A DNA stretch of 64,000 nucleotides from Eukaryota sp. TZLM1-RC. Lineage: Eukaryota; Protista; Metamonada: BaSk clade. The notes below the pieces were generated by a model that was not told the origin of the DNA, searched no databases, and saw only the letters and a program-made list of their open reading frames with translations. Below are positions 24,530 through 39,489 of this stretch, piece by piece. The stretch is taken from assembly GCA_040285825.1 (NCBI GenBank), contig JAUPSS010000002.1:620001-684000 (forward strand), given 5' to 3'. A program made the position numbers and the translations under genes. Numbering within the stretch: the first letter of the stretch is position 1; each line of letters opens with the position of its first letter.

Positions 24530-25305
24530 TACATTCACTGAATTACTGTATTTATGGGTTCTTCAGCGTATTTTATGCAATGTATACATGTTTATTGTAT
24601 TACCTATGATTTCTGAGAATGATGATTTTTGTAAATACACGTGTTTTCTTCTTGATACTTAATGAATAGATTTATTTCTTATTGTTCCACTTTGCATGAT
24701 GCTGTCAGAGATCAAATCCATGCAATGTGTAATTCCTATCATATTGAATCATTTGTAGAACCATTGTTGAGGTCTCTTGATATAAATGAAAACGTTAGAG
24801 AATCAAAAAATGGAAAAGGACGTCCTGATGTTGTTGTGCCCTCATTCGATGATGTCTTGAATGTTGTTGATGTTGTAACGTGGATGTTTGCAAGAAAAAT
24901 GCCTCAAAAATGCACAATCCAAAGTCCCCCCCCCCCCTTGATAATTCAGAACTAAATAAACGTATGAAATATGCAAATTCTTTGAAATAATTGAAACATG
25001 TTCGCCATGTGGATTACCAATTTGCCCATTTGTTATATCTTTGTATGGACGTTTTGGAAAAGCTGCAATGAATTTTATTGATGATTTTGAAAACCTCACA
25101 AAAAGAAGAATGACTAAGTGTTTTGATCGTCGTTTGTGGTTAAATCGTATTGGTTTTACTATTTTCAAATCAATTCCTATAATGATTTCGAAAGCTTTGA
25201 TGTCTGTCAGTGCACATTACGAAGACAATGCTGTTGTAAGGTTTGATGGTGTGGAAGCTTGTTTTGAAGATATTGATTTTTAGACTGTGTTTTTCCGATA
25301 AAATT
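24530..25305 (+). mobile_element. Degenerate CRE-like 3' fragment (distinct family)
   Basis: LHDAVRDQI..EPLL..RPDVV..VVDV..PFVISLYGRFG..LWLNRI. Confidence 0.75.
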
Positions 25306-25612
25306 AAATATTTTCAAAAAAAATACTTAGTCTATTTTTTTATTATCATCAGTTTTGACATTTCAATTACAGTGATCGAACCGTAATTTGGGTAACTATT
25401 AACTATTGACATCCTTTCATATTTGCTATTGTATGAAAATACTAGTTTGCGTTGATGTGAATCCTTCTCTTAATTCAACTATGTTTACTCTAAAATATTG
25501 GTTTCATTTTTTTGGACAACTCTATTATTGAACCAATTTTGTTAGCAGTTTTGTCTATAATGTAATGTGCTTGGAAATGTATGGGTTTGTACCTGCAACA
25601 GAAGAATGTGTT

Positions 25613-25684
25613 GCCTCGGTGGTCTAGGGGTATGATTCTCGCTTAGGGTGCGAGAGGTCCCGGGTTCAAATCCCGGCCGAGGCC
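25613..25684 (+). tRNA. tRNA-Pro (AGG)
   Basis: Cloverleaf: acceptor GCCTCGG/CCGAGGC, anticodon arm CTCGC-TTAGGGT-GCGAG, TTCAAAT T-loop, followed by TTTT. Confidence 0.96.
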
Positions 25685-25732
25685 TTTTAGCTTCTGCTAG
25701 TGTATGATAAAATACACAAGAATATAATATCT

Positions 25733-26258
25733 TATTTATTGAATTTGCACACTTGGTTAAATTAAATCATAACTAATGGGACGACTATCATTAAACCAAG
25801 ATTTCCTCTACAAAATCTTGATTTGCTTGCTGTCTAGCTAAAGCTTCTCTAATTCGATTGAAAAACCGCGGTAATCTATTAATAATGGCAAATTGAATCC
25901 GTGAACGCCATAAAAAAATATCAAATCTTTTCATTGTTTTTTCTTTCACCATTTTTTGGAAGTCATCCAAAAAAGTTTCTGCTTCAACTGATAATCTTCC
26001 ATTTATCGAAAATGGGAAAGCAATAAAAACCAGCTGTGTATTTCTATCGACATTTGCATCTTCAATTTCTTTATCATATTTTCTATGTTTTTCTTTTGCT
26101 TTAAAATCCAGAGCAGCCACAGGATTAAGTTTTCTTCTGTGAACCAAAGTATCGTTTGCAACATTACATGAGACAAAGTCAACAATAGCTTCAGAATTAT
26201 CAATCCAATCACAGTATACATCACCTATCTATAATATATAATATAATATATATAATAT
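25733..26258 (-). mobile_element. CRE-like family A copy 4, 5'-truncated, ~50 bp downstream of tRNA-Pro
   Basis: Identity to the other copies; probable TSD ATATAATATCT at 25722-25732 and 26259-26269; AT-repeat filler at the 5' junction. Confidence 0.85.
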
Positions 26259-27219
26259 ATATAATATCTCAATATATATTTTAAGTGAATGTGATATTGT
26301 AAGTGAAGATATCACTAGTAGAGGCAGAGATGTAGAGGACGAAGCCTTCTAGGAAACCGCACACTTTAATAGCATTGATAAGGGAATCACGACAGGTGGA
26401 GGAGAGTAGGGGTGCAGGAGTTGTTTCTAACAGTGAGGGATGTGACGTCATGTGTTGGTAAACAGAAGTGGAAACAGTGCAGCGAGATTGATTTTGTATC
26501 TACTCAATTTTGCAACCAGTTTTGGATTTAGTCAGTCTCTATTTTAATTTTTGGTAATAATGGTCAGTCTGGTTTGAATTTTTTTAATGATTTTGATAAT
26601 CTCTGTCATTTAAGTGGTAAGAATTTTGATGGGTTTTTATGGAAGAATTGTGTCATTTTTGCTTTGTACAGAAGTGTTCCCAAGTATTTAAATTTTATGA
26701 TGTCTAGGCTTTACAAGGATTCTTCAAGAGTTGATGTGGAGAATTTGTTTCTTATGTGTTTTAATTTGTTTTGTTTTGTTCTGTAATTACGTGGAAAATA
26801 AGATAAATAATATTTATATATTATAAAATAATAGACCTTGTTTACAATCAGTACGTCGATAAGTTGCATTATTGAAAGAAACATTGAAAATTATATATGT
26901 ATAATTCTGGAGCAGCACTGCTTTTAACAAAAATAGCACAAAACAGCAAAAGAATGCCAACTCCATAAAACTTTCTCCGTTGTTCAAATTGTAGTCCTTT
27001 TTTGTAGGATAGGTACTTTAACAAAGCATTTGAACATCTTCCAAATTATGGTCAAATTATGAAACGAAAGTGGACCAGTTGATCTTTCTAGAAGTAATCA
27101 AACACATGGATAGAATGGAAAAATTTGTATAATGAAATCTGGCATAAAGCTATTCCGCCCGCGAACATGTTTTAGAAATAATAGTAAATAACGAAGAGTA
27201 GTGGAAATAGCAAATAGAA

Positions 27220-29591
<2,372 letters not shown>

Positions 29592-29823
29592 TTTATTTGA
29601 ATTAATAAAGCTGTATTATTTTTTGTATGATCTCAAACACTTACTGCTTCAGAATACTTCAGGAAACAAATGTGAGCGGTCTTAAAAGAAAGTGTAACAC
29701 CCATTCAATCATTGACAATTTCACCATTTATATAATCTAATTGTGTTTATATAGAATTGTTCACTAAGTGCAAAGAAAATGACTCGACAATAACATAAAT
29801 CTACATAATTTTATTTGAATATA

Positions 29824-31113
29824 TCAACCAATAAGACGTATTTTTACATTTTGATCTACATCATAAACATCCATAGTCCCTGATATTTTAGGTAGGAAGC
29901 AACTTAACTCCAACCAGCCAGAAACCCCTACAAATAAAGCTTTATCTAGAATTTCATAAAAATTAGATTCAGAAGGAAAAACAAATAGATTAGGACAACT
30001 TTGACAAAATCCACAATACACGTAAACATCTCTACTAATTTTCCCAGCTTCAATGGATTGAACAGGATATAATACTCTCTGACTCCTCAGTACAGAGAAG
30101 CACTGATCTCTGTTGGCAGAATCCAAATCTACACCAATTAAGGACATTCTGATAAAATTCACATCAATCGTAAATGGATTGCTACAAAAAACAATCTTCT
30201 CTTCCTTCTCTGCCCTTGTTAAAGCCAATTTGATTGCGTTAGCCATTGGTTTAAGTCGCGGCGGAAGAGGTACAAAAGAAAGTACGTCATCTAAAGACCA
30301 ATGTGAAGCAGGAAAAGACTCTATTATTCTGAACCTACAATCGAGGGTTGGAACAATAAAGAGTCGACATGGACGTTCCAAAACCAAAGCAAATAGCTCC
30401 CAAAGGAAGCAAACTTCTGAGGTAAATGGGCCATAAAGAATAACTACATCAGGAGTATTTAAAGAGAATTGTTTCGTGAAGTGAGTTATGTTTGCAACGA
30501 AATCAGAGAATTTAAGAGCCCATAGCACCATTGGTGTATTATTCAAGACATTTTGAACTTGAGAAAGAAAGTTTGGTTTGGGATAGGGAAGAGGTGCCGG
30601 GGGAGGGAACACCAATCTAGTAACTGAGAGCTTGTTGTGTTCCAGGAGAGTACCATTGACCAAAACAATCATGGAAGGAAGAATAAATGGGAAAGTGTTG
30701 AGAGAGGTCAAGTTGAGAAGATGAGACTGTGGGGGATGAGGGGGATCAAAGGAAGGGATGGACAAACAGTAGTCGCCGTTACTGTCTAGGAATATCCAAC
30801 CAACTACCCATCCTGTAGAATTTAGTGAGAGTGATGACTGTATTTGGGATTCATTAAGTTTCGCAGCTTGTAGAAGCACTGGAAGTAGGGTAATACACCT
30901 TTGTGTTAAATAATCGTAATCATCAGACCTATGTGCAGAGGGTCCTTTGACTTTCACAAAGGATGGAAGATTTGTACCATTGCAACCTGAGTGAGAATGT
31001 TGTGGATTTATTAGAGAAGATGAGGATTCGGGTAAGGAAAGCACAGTGCGTAGAGCCTTTGTAGTTGCAAAACGTTCCTTAACTGAAGGAACATTGAGGT
31101 GTTCATTCAACAT
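29824..31113 (-). CDS. Divergent DNA polymerase alpha B-subunit-like protein (calcineurin-like phosphoesterase fold)
   Basis: PDVVILYGPF, FIVPTLD, SNPFTIDVN, PNLFVFPS motifs in the order seen in POLA2-type subunits. Confidence 0.55.
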   Translation of the reverse strand: MLNEHLNVPSVKERFATTKALRTVLSLPESSSSLINPQHSHSGCNGTNLPSFVKVKGPSAHRSDDYDYLTQRCITLLPVLLQAAKLNESQIQSSLSLNSTGWVVGWIFLDSNGDYCLSIPSFDPPHPPQSHLLNLTSLNTFPFILPSMIVLVNGTLLEHNKLSVTRLVFPPPAPLPYPKPNFLSQVQNVLNNTPMVLWALKFSDFVANITHFTKQFSLNTPDVVILYGPFTSEVCFLWELFALVLERPCRLFIVPTLDCRFRIIESFPASHWSLDDVLSFVPLPPRLKPMANAIKLALTRAEKEEKIVFCSNPFTIDVNFIRMSLIGVDLDSANRDQCFSVLRSQRVLYPVQSIEAGKISRDVYVYCGFCQSCPNLFVFPSESNFYEILDKALFVGVSGWLELSCFLPKISGTMDVYDVDQNVKIRLIG

Positions 31114-31164
31114 GATTGGCGAACAATTAGTTTAATGAGAGGCAACTAAAGAAGTCGATATTCT

Positions 31165-31280
31165 CCTGAGAATTTCACATAGTGTGAATATTGAAAATAT
31201 ATCCCCAATAATTGTGTAAACTTCTCAACACCAAGGGTTAGTATACACTAAACACCTTGGAAATACGTTGATTAAAACAG
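31165..31280 (-). ncRNA. Putative Fanzor omegaRNA scaffold / right end (copy A)
   Basis: Non-coding, conserved with 49406-49521, long stem TGAGAAGTTTACA/TGTGAAATTCTCA; identity stops after TTCTCAGG. Confidence 0.7.
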
Positions 31281-33100
31281 CTACTGTTGTCTTCTTAGAC
31301 GTCTCACACGCCTTGGCCTTCTGAATGGTTCTGGCCTGGTACCAGTGAAATACTCACTAATTACAATCTCCAGCTGGTTTCTGGAGGCTGAGATGTCCCT
31401 AGACCAGTTGGTCTGACATCGAGGGCAATCGAACTTAGCGTTATTTACCCTTCCGTCATCATGATAGATCTTTCTATGAAAGACCTTACAGCAATTCATT
31501 TTTGCTGAGGTCATAAACTCGTCCCCCACTTTGACGCTTTCAAAGTGTTTTTGTATTTGATTGAGAAATCTTTTCTGGATAATTTCACAGATTGACAAGA
31601 TGGACTACCGCCACCATTGCCGAACCAAACTATAGTGTTTCTTCCTTCAGGCAAGCGTTTAATTTTGTTAATCAAACTAGTTATTCTTTTTTGCCTTCGT
31701 ATGAAGAAATCAAACTTATTCCTTCCCAGCTTTTTTCTTGCACCACGCTGCATATTCAGGCTCTTTCTCAGATTTAGAAACATAAGGTAAACTTATTTCA
31801 ATCAGATACTCTTGGAAGCTCTGAGCGGAATAAGTGTCAGGAGTTGCTTGAGTGAGAGGAGGAGGGTGATTTAGTCTTCGTTCTTTTGGATTCAGTAGCA
31901 GTCCAGAACGTTCAAAAACAGTAGCAGATTTTCGGAAAGAACCAGTAGTCTAACCACAAAGATTGCTGTGGTTGGGATCAATTGCTACAAAAAACAAATT
32001 TTCATCAGGACCTGTGTAATTGGGCTGTTGTTCCACTGGTAACCGCGGTCTTCTCTGTGGATTTGCTGTTCTATGGACATTGGATTTTCATTTCCTTTCA
32101 GAGTTGTGAAAATCATAGTTTCCAGAGCCTCGCCTGGGCTCAAATTCCGCTTTACTTGGCTTATTATAAGTTTTTTTTCCTTGGTATACTTAAACCGCAA
32201 GGAATCACCACTTGAAAAAATGGTGTAGTTAATCAATTTGGATTTATTAAAAAACCGATAAGGGTTGTTCAGAAGCTCTTTGTTTGCATTTAGTTTTGTG
32301 AAATAAGCTTCTGCTTTTTTAGTCAAGCTGCAGAAGCATAAAGACCAATTGGACAGTGTAGAGAGAGTACCTTTTCATCACATCAGGGCAGTTATCTTCT
32401 AAAAAGATAAAATATTCAAGCCAGATTAAAATATTGTTGCCGCAGACTCCATATCAATGGGAAATCATTCGTTTCTTATTGAATTTTCGAACAAATTTTC
32501 ACCACCACCAATATAGGCGTTGGCTGTCATATTGAGCCAATGGACCAAGATAAGCTGGTGTATTTCTTGATACCGATGCAAAATCGACTCATCTAACTGA
32601 ATCTCTTGAAGTACACAGTCGGCGTACTTCTAGAAATTGAGCACATCTCTTGAAAAATTGCGTTTCCAGACAACAGGGCCGTTAGCGAGCAACTAACAAA
32701 AGGCTTCTGGCAGTTGGATGGCTCGACTGTCAAAAAGAGTGGAAAGACACCAAAATCTACCACCGTCGGCTGAGGTGGTTTCATTCAGCAATCCGCAGGC
32801 CGAAAAGTGCTGAGCAAGGTGTTGCAGCGCTTGGTACACCAAAGGATGGTTCTCAAATGGCCTCCTTTGTTTGGGCTCACTTTGGCAAACAAGATCGACA
32901 CAGAGGTTCCAGAGCTAGCTTTGAATAAGCCACACAGAGTGTTTTGTGTATTGAAGCACAAAGAGTCTTGCTACGTGAGTAGCATGAGCTCCAATACTAC
33001 CAAGAACTTGGAACTGGCGTTCTATAGCTTCTTGTGCCTCTGAGTCGAAGAACTGGTTTGCCGACGCTTCCACAGTTGTAGTTTGTAGAACGTTATCCAT
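31281..33100 (-). pseudogene. Full-length but frameshifted Fanzor/TnpB-like nuclease, family B copy A
   Basis: RuvC-I AIDPN, IVWFGNG, RuvC-II DEFMTS, C..C knuckle CPRC, RuvC-III RDISASRN, tail GTRPEPFRR; roughly 600 codons. Confidence 0.85.
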
Positions 33101-33375
33101 AGCCGTCAACACAGAACGGAAACAGTCAGAAATGATTGAAAATTTGTTGAAATCAATCAATGTTATAGTTGTCAATTCTAAGTAAAGTTAGTTACAGGTG
33201 TTTATTAATAATACATATCGTTCGACATTACTTTCTGAATTGTTTTCCTTTCTTCAGACAAGAACTACATCCTACAAAAGTTGGTGAGTGGAGTTTGGTT
33301 GGGTTGTCATCATTTTCCAAACTCGCAATTGAATTTCATTTCATCACTTTTAATTTTCGTTCACCTTTAGTAATT

Positions 33376-33996
33376 TACACTGTTGGCAGTAATTAGTCTC
33401 ACTGCCAAATTAGTCTCACTGAAAAATTGGCCCGAGTGAGACTAATTTTGTCCAATGACCATTCAAAATCGACTTTGTGAGACTAATTTTGTCCTGAGTT
33501 TCTTAAACATTTTTCCAGTACTTTTTTCAAAAACTTATAAAATTTTTTACCAATCATTTTTTATTCAACATTTTTTACAATGCAATGCAAACTTCAAAGG
33601 AGAAATGCCTCCTGTTTGTGATGAAGATATCTGGGAAGATGTGAGTGACGACGATGATTTCACTGAAGTACAGGGATTCGACGATAATTCGGAGGAGCAA
33701 ACTCAAGTAACCGAAGATTTCATAACCCAACAGGAGATTACTGAGCTGAAGGATGAAGAAGAGAATGAACGTTATATTTTAGACTAAATTGTGTGCTTTT
33801 TATTGATAAAGATGTTGTTTGTCTAATGGTCAAAGGAAATAAGGTTGTGACAAAATTAGACTCACTGCAAAATTAGTCTCAGTACAGAATTAGACTCACT
33901 GCAAAATTAGTCTGAATGAGACAAATATTGTCCGGAAAGCACAAACAATTCAGTACAAAATTAGTCTGAGTGAGACTAATTACTGCCACCGGTGTA
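33376..33996. mobile_element. Tc1/mariner-type MITE related to 20291-20881
   Basis: TA|CACTGTTGGCAGTAATTAGTCTCACT ... AGTGAGACTAATTACTGCCACCGGTG|TA, multiple AAATTAG(T/A)CTCA repeats; different interior with acidic ORF 33605-33787. Confidence 0.82.
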
Positions 33997-34957
33997 GTTT
34001 CGACTAAATTTTCATCTTCGACAACATCCCCTTTGGAAACTCAACAAACTGGACAACCTTCAGTAGTCACATCTCCATTTGGTCAGCAAACAAGTCATCC
34101 TTCCACAACAGGAGCTTTTGGTGTTCAACAAATTGGTCAAAGTTCAGGAGGTGTATCGCCTTTTGGTCAAGGAACAAACCCATTTTCTACTACAGAAGCT
34201 TGTGTTCGACATCTTGTGTCCGAATGGCTTTCTTTCTTTGGGTTTTGACATACTGGTTGAGTTCTCAAAGCTGAGGTCGCTCTACAGGACACCTTTTCCA
34301 GAGATGAGCTCAACCATTCAACCTATTCGTTGAAAGAAACACCATCTGAACCTCTTCTCCTTACTCTACTTTCCTTTTTGGACGCTGTAGACACTGCACC
34401 ATTACCAGAGTCCACTCCAACCGAAGTCAAAGAAATCCTCAGTTCATCTCAATCCCCGGCAAAAGTTCTAGCCCAGAACATGTATGCTCAGTTTCCCCAC
34501 CTATCCAGTAATCCTCTTCTTCCCCTTTTCTCCTGTCCATGGTGACCATGAACGGGACTCGCCAGTTGAGATTACTAATGAACAGCCTCTTTCCGAAGTG
34601 ATCCCTTCCACTCCTTCTCCGCCCTCTGCTCACCCATCTCCTCTTCCTCCGTCTCCGCTACCTTACGAAATGCAAGAAGAAAAAGAAGATGAACAAGTTG
34701 ACTCGTTTCTTCTCCTTCGATCCGCTTCTGCTTCTAGTAACAATAACACAGTGTTTGGCGAATCAGAAGGGTCTGGGTTAAAGTCTTTGCCACCATTAGA
34801 AAAGTTTCCTAAAAGTTTGCCTGAGTTCAAGGTCGTCAAGCAAAGTCCAAAGGAAAGTGTCAAAAATGCTCTTGATTTTGACCTTGATGTTGATTTTTCT
34901 GTTTTTTCAGACGATCACGGAGTTATTCCTACAGCGAAATTTAACGCTTTGAATTAA
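33997..34957 (+). pseudogene. Chimeric pseudogene: FG-repeat-like segment joined to a LisH/FOP-like protein
   Basis: PFGQQ/AFG/PFGQ repeats, then LVSEWLSFFGF*HTG*VLKAE..EPLLLTLL; two in-frame TGA and a frameshift near 34530. Confidence 0.4.
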
Positions 34958-35299
34958 AAGATCAAGAAATTAGAAGAAGACAATAAGTTAATCGTCATTT
35001 TTATTTATTATTGTATTTAATTTTTTGTTTTACAGTGGTTTTTATTTGCATAAATTAAGGTTTTTATAAACCATATGTATGCAATATATAAACTAACAAC
35101 AAAAATGCATGTCTATTTATTATTATCATTATAATATTATTTATATGTATTCTGCGAGAAATTGCTTACTCATTGCACTTTAAAATTCCAAAACAATCAG
35201 TGCAGTGATATTTAAATATAAATATACTTTTTCGCAAATTTGAATATTGAAATTATAAAGGTTTTTTATGTACAAACATTTATTAATTCTGCATAATCG

Positions 35300-37050
35300 T
35301 TCGAAAGCTGATGAATGTCCGGAAATACCTTAAATTGTCAAAACTGAAATGTTAATTGAAATTTTAACCAGTTATTTCTGTCATTCGCATCCTAAGCACT
35401 CATGCCATTGCACTTTCCTTATATGTTTTGGAAAATGAAAATTCTCAAGTTGTACAAAGTCTATCTTGTTCAGCAAAATCAAAGGTTACTGCTTATTGAC
35501 ATTTGTGTGCTATTAGTTCATGTCAGCTCATGACCAACAAATGTGTCGACCTATCTTCAAATTTAATTAATTTTTTTTAATGGTTTATGGAAAAGAATCA
35601 AATTCAATATTGTATCATCAGGTCATTTCATCAAATAATGGTGCTAAGCAAAGTGATTCCAATTCACCCTTCTGATTTGCTCTTGGAACTATTCATGTTT
35701 TATCATTTGAAAATAGCTATCTAGGTGTCGAAGTTAAAAGTTATTTAGATGATACATATATTTTTTGCCAAAAAGAACTGAACACTAATTACTTTATTAA
35801 ACGAATTAGATTCAATTTTCAAGCAGTGTGGTCTTAGATTAAACTTGACAAAACCGAAGTGTTCTCAGTTGAAGATGATTTTACATGTTTGGGATCTCCG
35901 ATTGAAATCAATTGAATTTGAATCCTCCTTTATAATTGAAAAGGTTCAAAAAGACTTGATTCCAAGTTTATTTCTATTACAACCATTATTACTACAAAAT
36001 CAATTTTTAATACTTAGACATTGTACTTAATCAATATTGATGTACTGTGCCCGAAGAGTTCGATAGGAATCCACCATAATAGGTTTTCATTTTTGGGTTT
36101 CAGAACTTGTTACTTATTTCAACTTATTATGAGGAAGAATAAAAAACATTGATTTAATTTATTGGCCACATTGAATGGGTGGATTAGGGTTAATTCACAT
36201 GGGTCAAGTTGCACAAATTTGCTATTCAGTTTCTTTATAGTTGACTGTACATGAACTTGATTTAACCAATTTAATTTCAAGTGATCAGTTTAGAGCTTTA
36301 CTATCAGCTTGATCAGCTTCTTTGCTGGTTTTGACTCTACTTGGGACAACAGAATCAATATTTGTCAACTTCAAATCACTCACTCTAGTAATAAAGAATA
36401 ATTCAATCTCTTCAAGAATTATCACAATGTGAACGACTATAATTTATTTCAAATTGTGACAGTCAATTATCTTGTTTTTTTTTTTGAAAATTTCGTCTAT
36501 TTCACCAAATTTCACGTTCTCAGATGATTGTTTCAACTACGTGTATGTCAAATCTGTTTGCTACTGAAGATGATTTTCATAAGAATAATAGAGGTGATGT
36601 CATATTACCTGGATTAGATGGAACCTTCATTTTATTGAATGTAATGTCCGTTGATCTTTGTAATTCCTCAAATGAAAACTTGTTAATTTTGCAATTCATA
36701 ATCCTCTTTCAAATGCTGAAAATTACAAAATCAACAAATACAATGAACTCTTGTCCAAATTTGTCCAGTCAACAGCATGCAAAATACAAATTGTATCCAT
36801 TTGTATTTTCTCTTTTTGGTTCACTTGCTCCAACGGCTATACGTTTTTTGGTCGATTTTGAAATGATTGTAAAGTGAAGAACTAACAGAAATTTCCACAG
36901 AATGTTTTGGCAAAATAGAATTGTGTTTTCTATTTTCAAGGGCATGTTGAAGATGGTTTCTGATACCTTGCTTTCTCTTGAATCTCACTATGAGAGAGTT
37001 GCACCTAGTGTTTTTGTTTTGGGAAAAATGGATTATTTAGATGTTGATTT
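35300..37050 (+). mobile_element. Highly degenerate CRE-like non-LTR element
   Basis: GAKQSD..P, YLDD, GGLG, RGDV..DGTF, YPFVFSLFGSL, FWQNRIVFS relics. Confidence 0.7.
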
Positions 37051-37742
37051 ATAGGGCTTTCATAAAATTGATAAACAACTACGTGATTAATCGGAATGAG
37101 TTTGCTAGAACTGTCAAAAAATTCTGGTCGTTGACAAAAGCTACCCCTAAAATGGTTGTCAAAAGCTACCACATTTTGTTTGTGCTAGACCATGGTGGCG
37201 TTTTCTTGAATCAGTTGCAGTTTGGTCTTGTTGCTGAGCACCATCAAGCGTATTGTATTCAATAACATATCCATGAGATGACTTAGTTTATCTATTGTGG
37301 ATTTGTATGCTTCTATAAAAAACCTTTCTCTTTATTCGGGAACGTAGAGTTCGTCATTGAACAAAAAGGGTACAACAGCCAGAACTGTGGGCTCATTTTT
37401 GTTTGGATGATTCAGTTTAGATGCTGTAATTACACAAATACAAGCCGGAGCCCAAATACAATTTCTGAAATTATATAGTTTATATTTGGATTCCGTTGAC
37501 TTGTTCTTGGGTGATTATAGTATGTGGATGTAGGAAATTGTTGGACATTTCAGGAACAGTTAAACAGTCATCTTCAATTCACTGAAGATCGTTTAAGTAA
37601 GAATTCAAAGTTGTAACAATGTCCTGCTCCAAGTTTCAAATATCAGCAACAACTTTTCTTTAATCAATAAAAGCTCTACAGTTGTCAATATGAAATCTTG
37701 ATCGAACTATTCTTGGAAGCTGCAGTAATTGTAAAACTCAAC

Positions 37743-38347
37743 ATGCCCACCGCCGCTGTTCTGTTGTTTCCTGGAGTTGAACCTATCGAGTCAATCACTT
37801 GTATTGATCTTCTTACCAGAGCAGGATATAATGTCACAACTCTGGGTGTGACAAACGACGATATAGTACACGCTGCAATGGGGTTAGATATTGCTCCGAA
37901 ATCGAAGCTTGAGAACAAAGTAGACACGCTCTACGACATTGTTGTAATGCCAGGTATGATGCAGAATTGCTAACAACAGGCGGTCCAGGGTCTAGTGAGG
38001 AAGCAGTGTTCCAAAATGAATTGGTTCATCGTTTCTTAAAGAAACACAATGCCCAACGTAAAATCATTGGATCCATTTGTGCTGGTTTACTTACTCTAGC
38101 ATCTGCAGGAATCCTTGACGACAAAATTGTCACATCTTGGCCCACTATTAAGGAAAGAATCGAGCCTCACTGCAGACAGTACCTCGAAGACAGAGTGGTA
38201 GTTGATTCCAATATTGTCAGTAGTCGAGGTCCTGGGACCGCAATTCTGTTTGCTCTTACTCTGATTAAACATGGCCAATCTAAGCAAGTTGCTGAAGTTA
38301 CAGGACGCGGAATTCTTGCATGTGAAGAAGATCTCAAAAAATTGTAG
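37743..38347 (+). CDS. DJ-1/PfpI family protein; 26-nt intron 37954-37979
   Basis: GVEPIE, YDIVVMPG|GPG, SICAG (catalytic Cys), SSRGPGTA; intron GTATGA..CTAAC..CAG. Confidence 0.9.
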
Positions 38348-38539
38348 AATTCTAATCAATGACATTAATACATGGTCTCATCTATAATTCTTCTATTCTT
38401 CATAGCAATTTAGATACTCAGCTAGGGGAATGAAATTCATTGGATCAACAAAATTCTGATTTGTTAACCCCCTTAGGGTGGTTTAAATCATCTCTGATTT
38501 TGATAGAAATACTCATCTATAAACAACAACGAATTGAAA

Positions 38540-39020
38540 TCAAAAACGCCATTTATGGTACAAATTTTGGTGGTGTTGATTTTCATAAATCAAGCTACCT
38601 TTGTAAAGCTGCCTTTAATGGAGGTGGAAAGAATTTTATTTATGAATTTGTGAATCGTTTTCCTGAAAAAATTCATCTCATTGAAAATTGTGGCAGCTCT
38701 TATCTTATTTCTTTGCAACAGGAAATTGAAACTCTTTCACCCAATATTTGGGCTAAATGTTTTCCCTCTGATATTGTGGAACTTCCTTCAAGAAGCTTGC
38801 TCTCCTTACCACTGACTTTTGCAAAAATGCAGAAAAAAATCTTGAAAGTTTTAGAAAACTTGGATTATATTGTACGTCTTAGCTTGGCTAAAGAAAAAAA
38901 TCCCGTTTTTGCAAACTTTTTGATTGATCTTGAAGACAGTTGCTCAAGTTGCCTAATGTCCCAGGCGCTTTTAGCTATTGGTGTAGAATATGAACGTAAT
39001 GCTTTTTTATCTCAATAAAT
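38540..39020 (+). mobile_element. CRE-like internal fragment
   Basis: GGVDF..AAFNGG.KNFIYEF..RF..IW.KCFP matches the post-RT region of the other families. Confidence 0.65.
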
Positions 39021-39489
39021 ATTCCAGTTTTTAAAAAACGCCATTTATCGTATTTTTATTGTACATTATTCAAGAAATTTGGTGGTTCAACCGATAGTCT
39101 TCCATTCATATTTTTTATATGGTATATTTCGGTTTTGACTCACATGATCTTTTGCAAGACTTGTGTCCATTTTCCTATTTTCTTAATCGATCAAATCTGT
39201 ACGAGCTTGTGGTTAAATCTTGTGAATATTGGTCGTTTAATTGAAATTTCTATTTTACCACATCACTGAGAGAACTTTCAGGTTATTAACAAGTGAAGAA
39301 GCTGAAAAACCAATATTCCCCATGAAATTGATTACTCATTAAACTTGGGTATAAACGATCACACAACTATAACTGTAGCAGAACGGAGATCAATTCTATG
39401 AAGTGAAAATAGATTTGCTGGTGATATCTATCAACAATGGATATTTAGGAAACTGAGATGGTAGGCTGAAGCCAATAGAGTTCCAATGA

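Noticed and set aside
25613-26258. tRNA-targeted retrotransposition
   Set aside because: Only one of five family A copies is next to a tRNA.
33101-33996. MITE as the left end of the Fanzor element
   Set aside because: The MITE has both its own TIRs and a TA TSD, and Fanzor copy B has no adjacent MITE.
34246-34260. TGA reassignment / alternative genetic code
   Set aside because: Conserved genes here use TGG for Trp and have no internal stops after splicing, and TGA ends intact ORFs.
37400-37742. Possible Fanzor relic (LGDYS) upstream of DJ-1
   Set aside because: Single short motif with no supporting zinc finger or RD motif.
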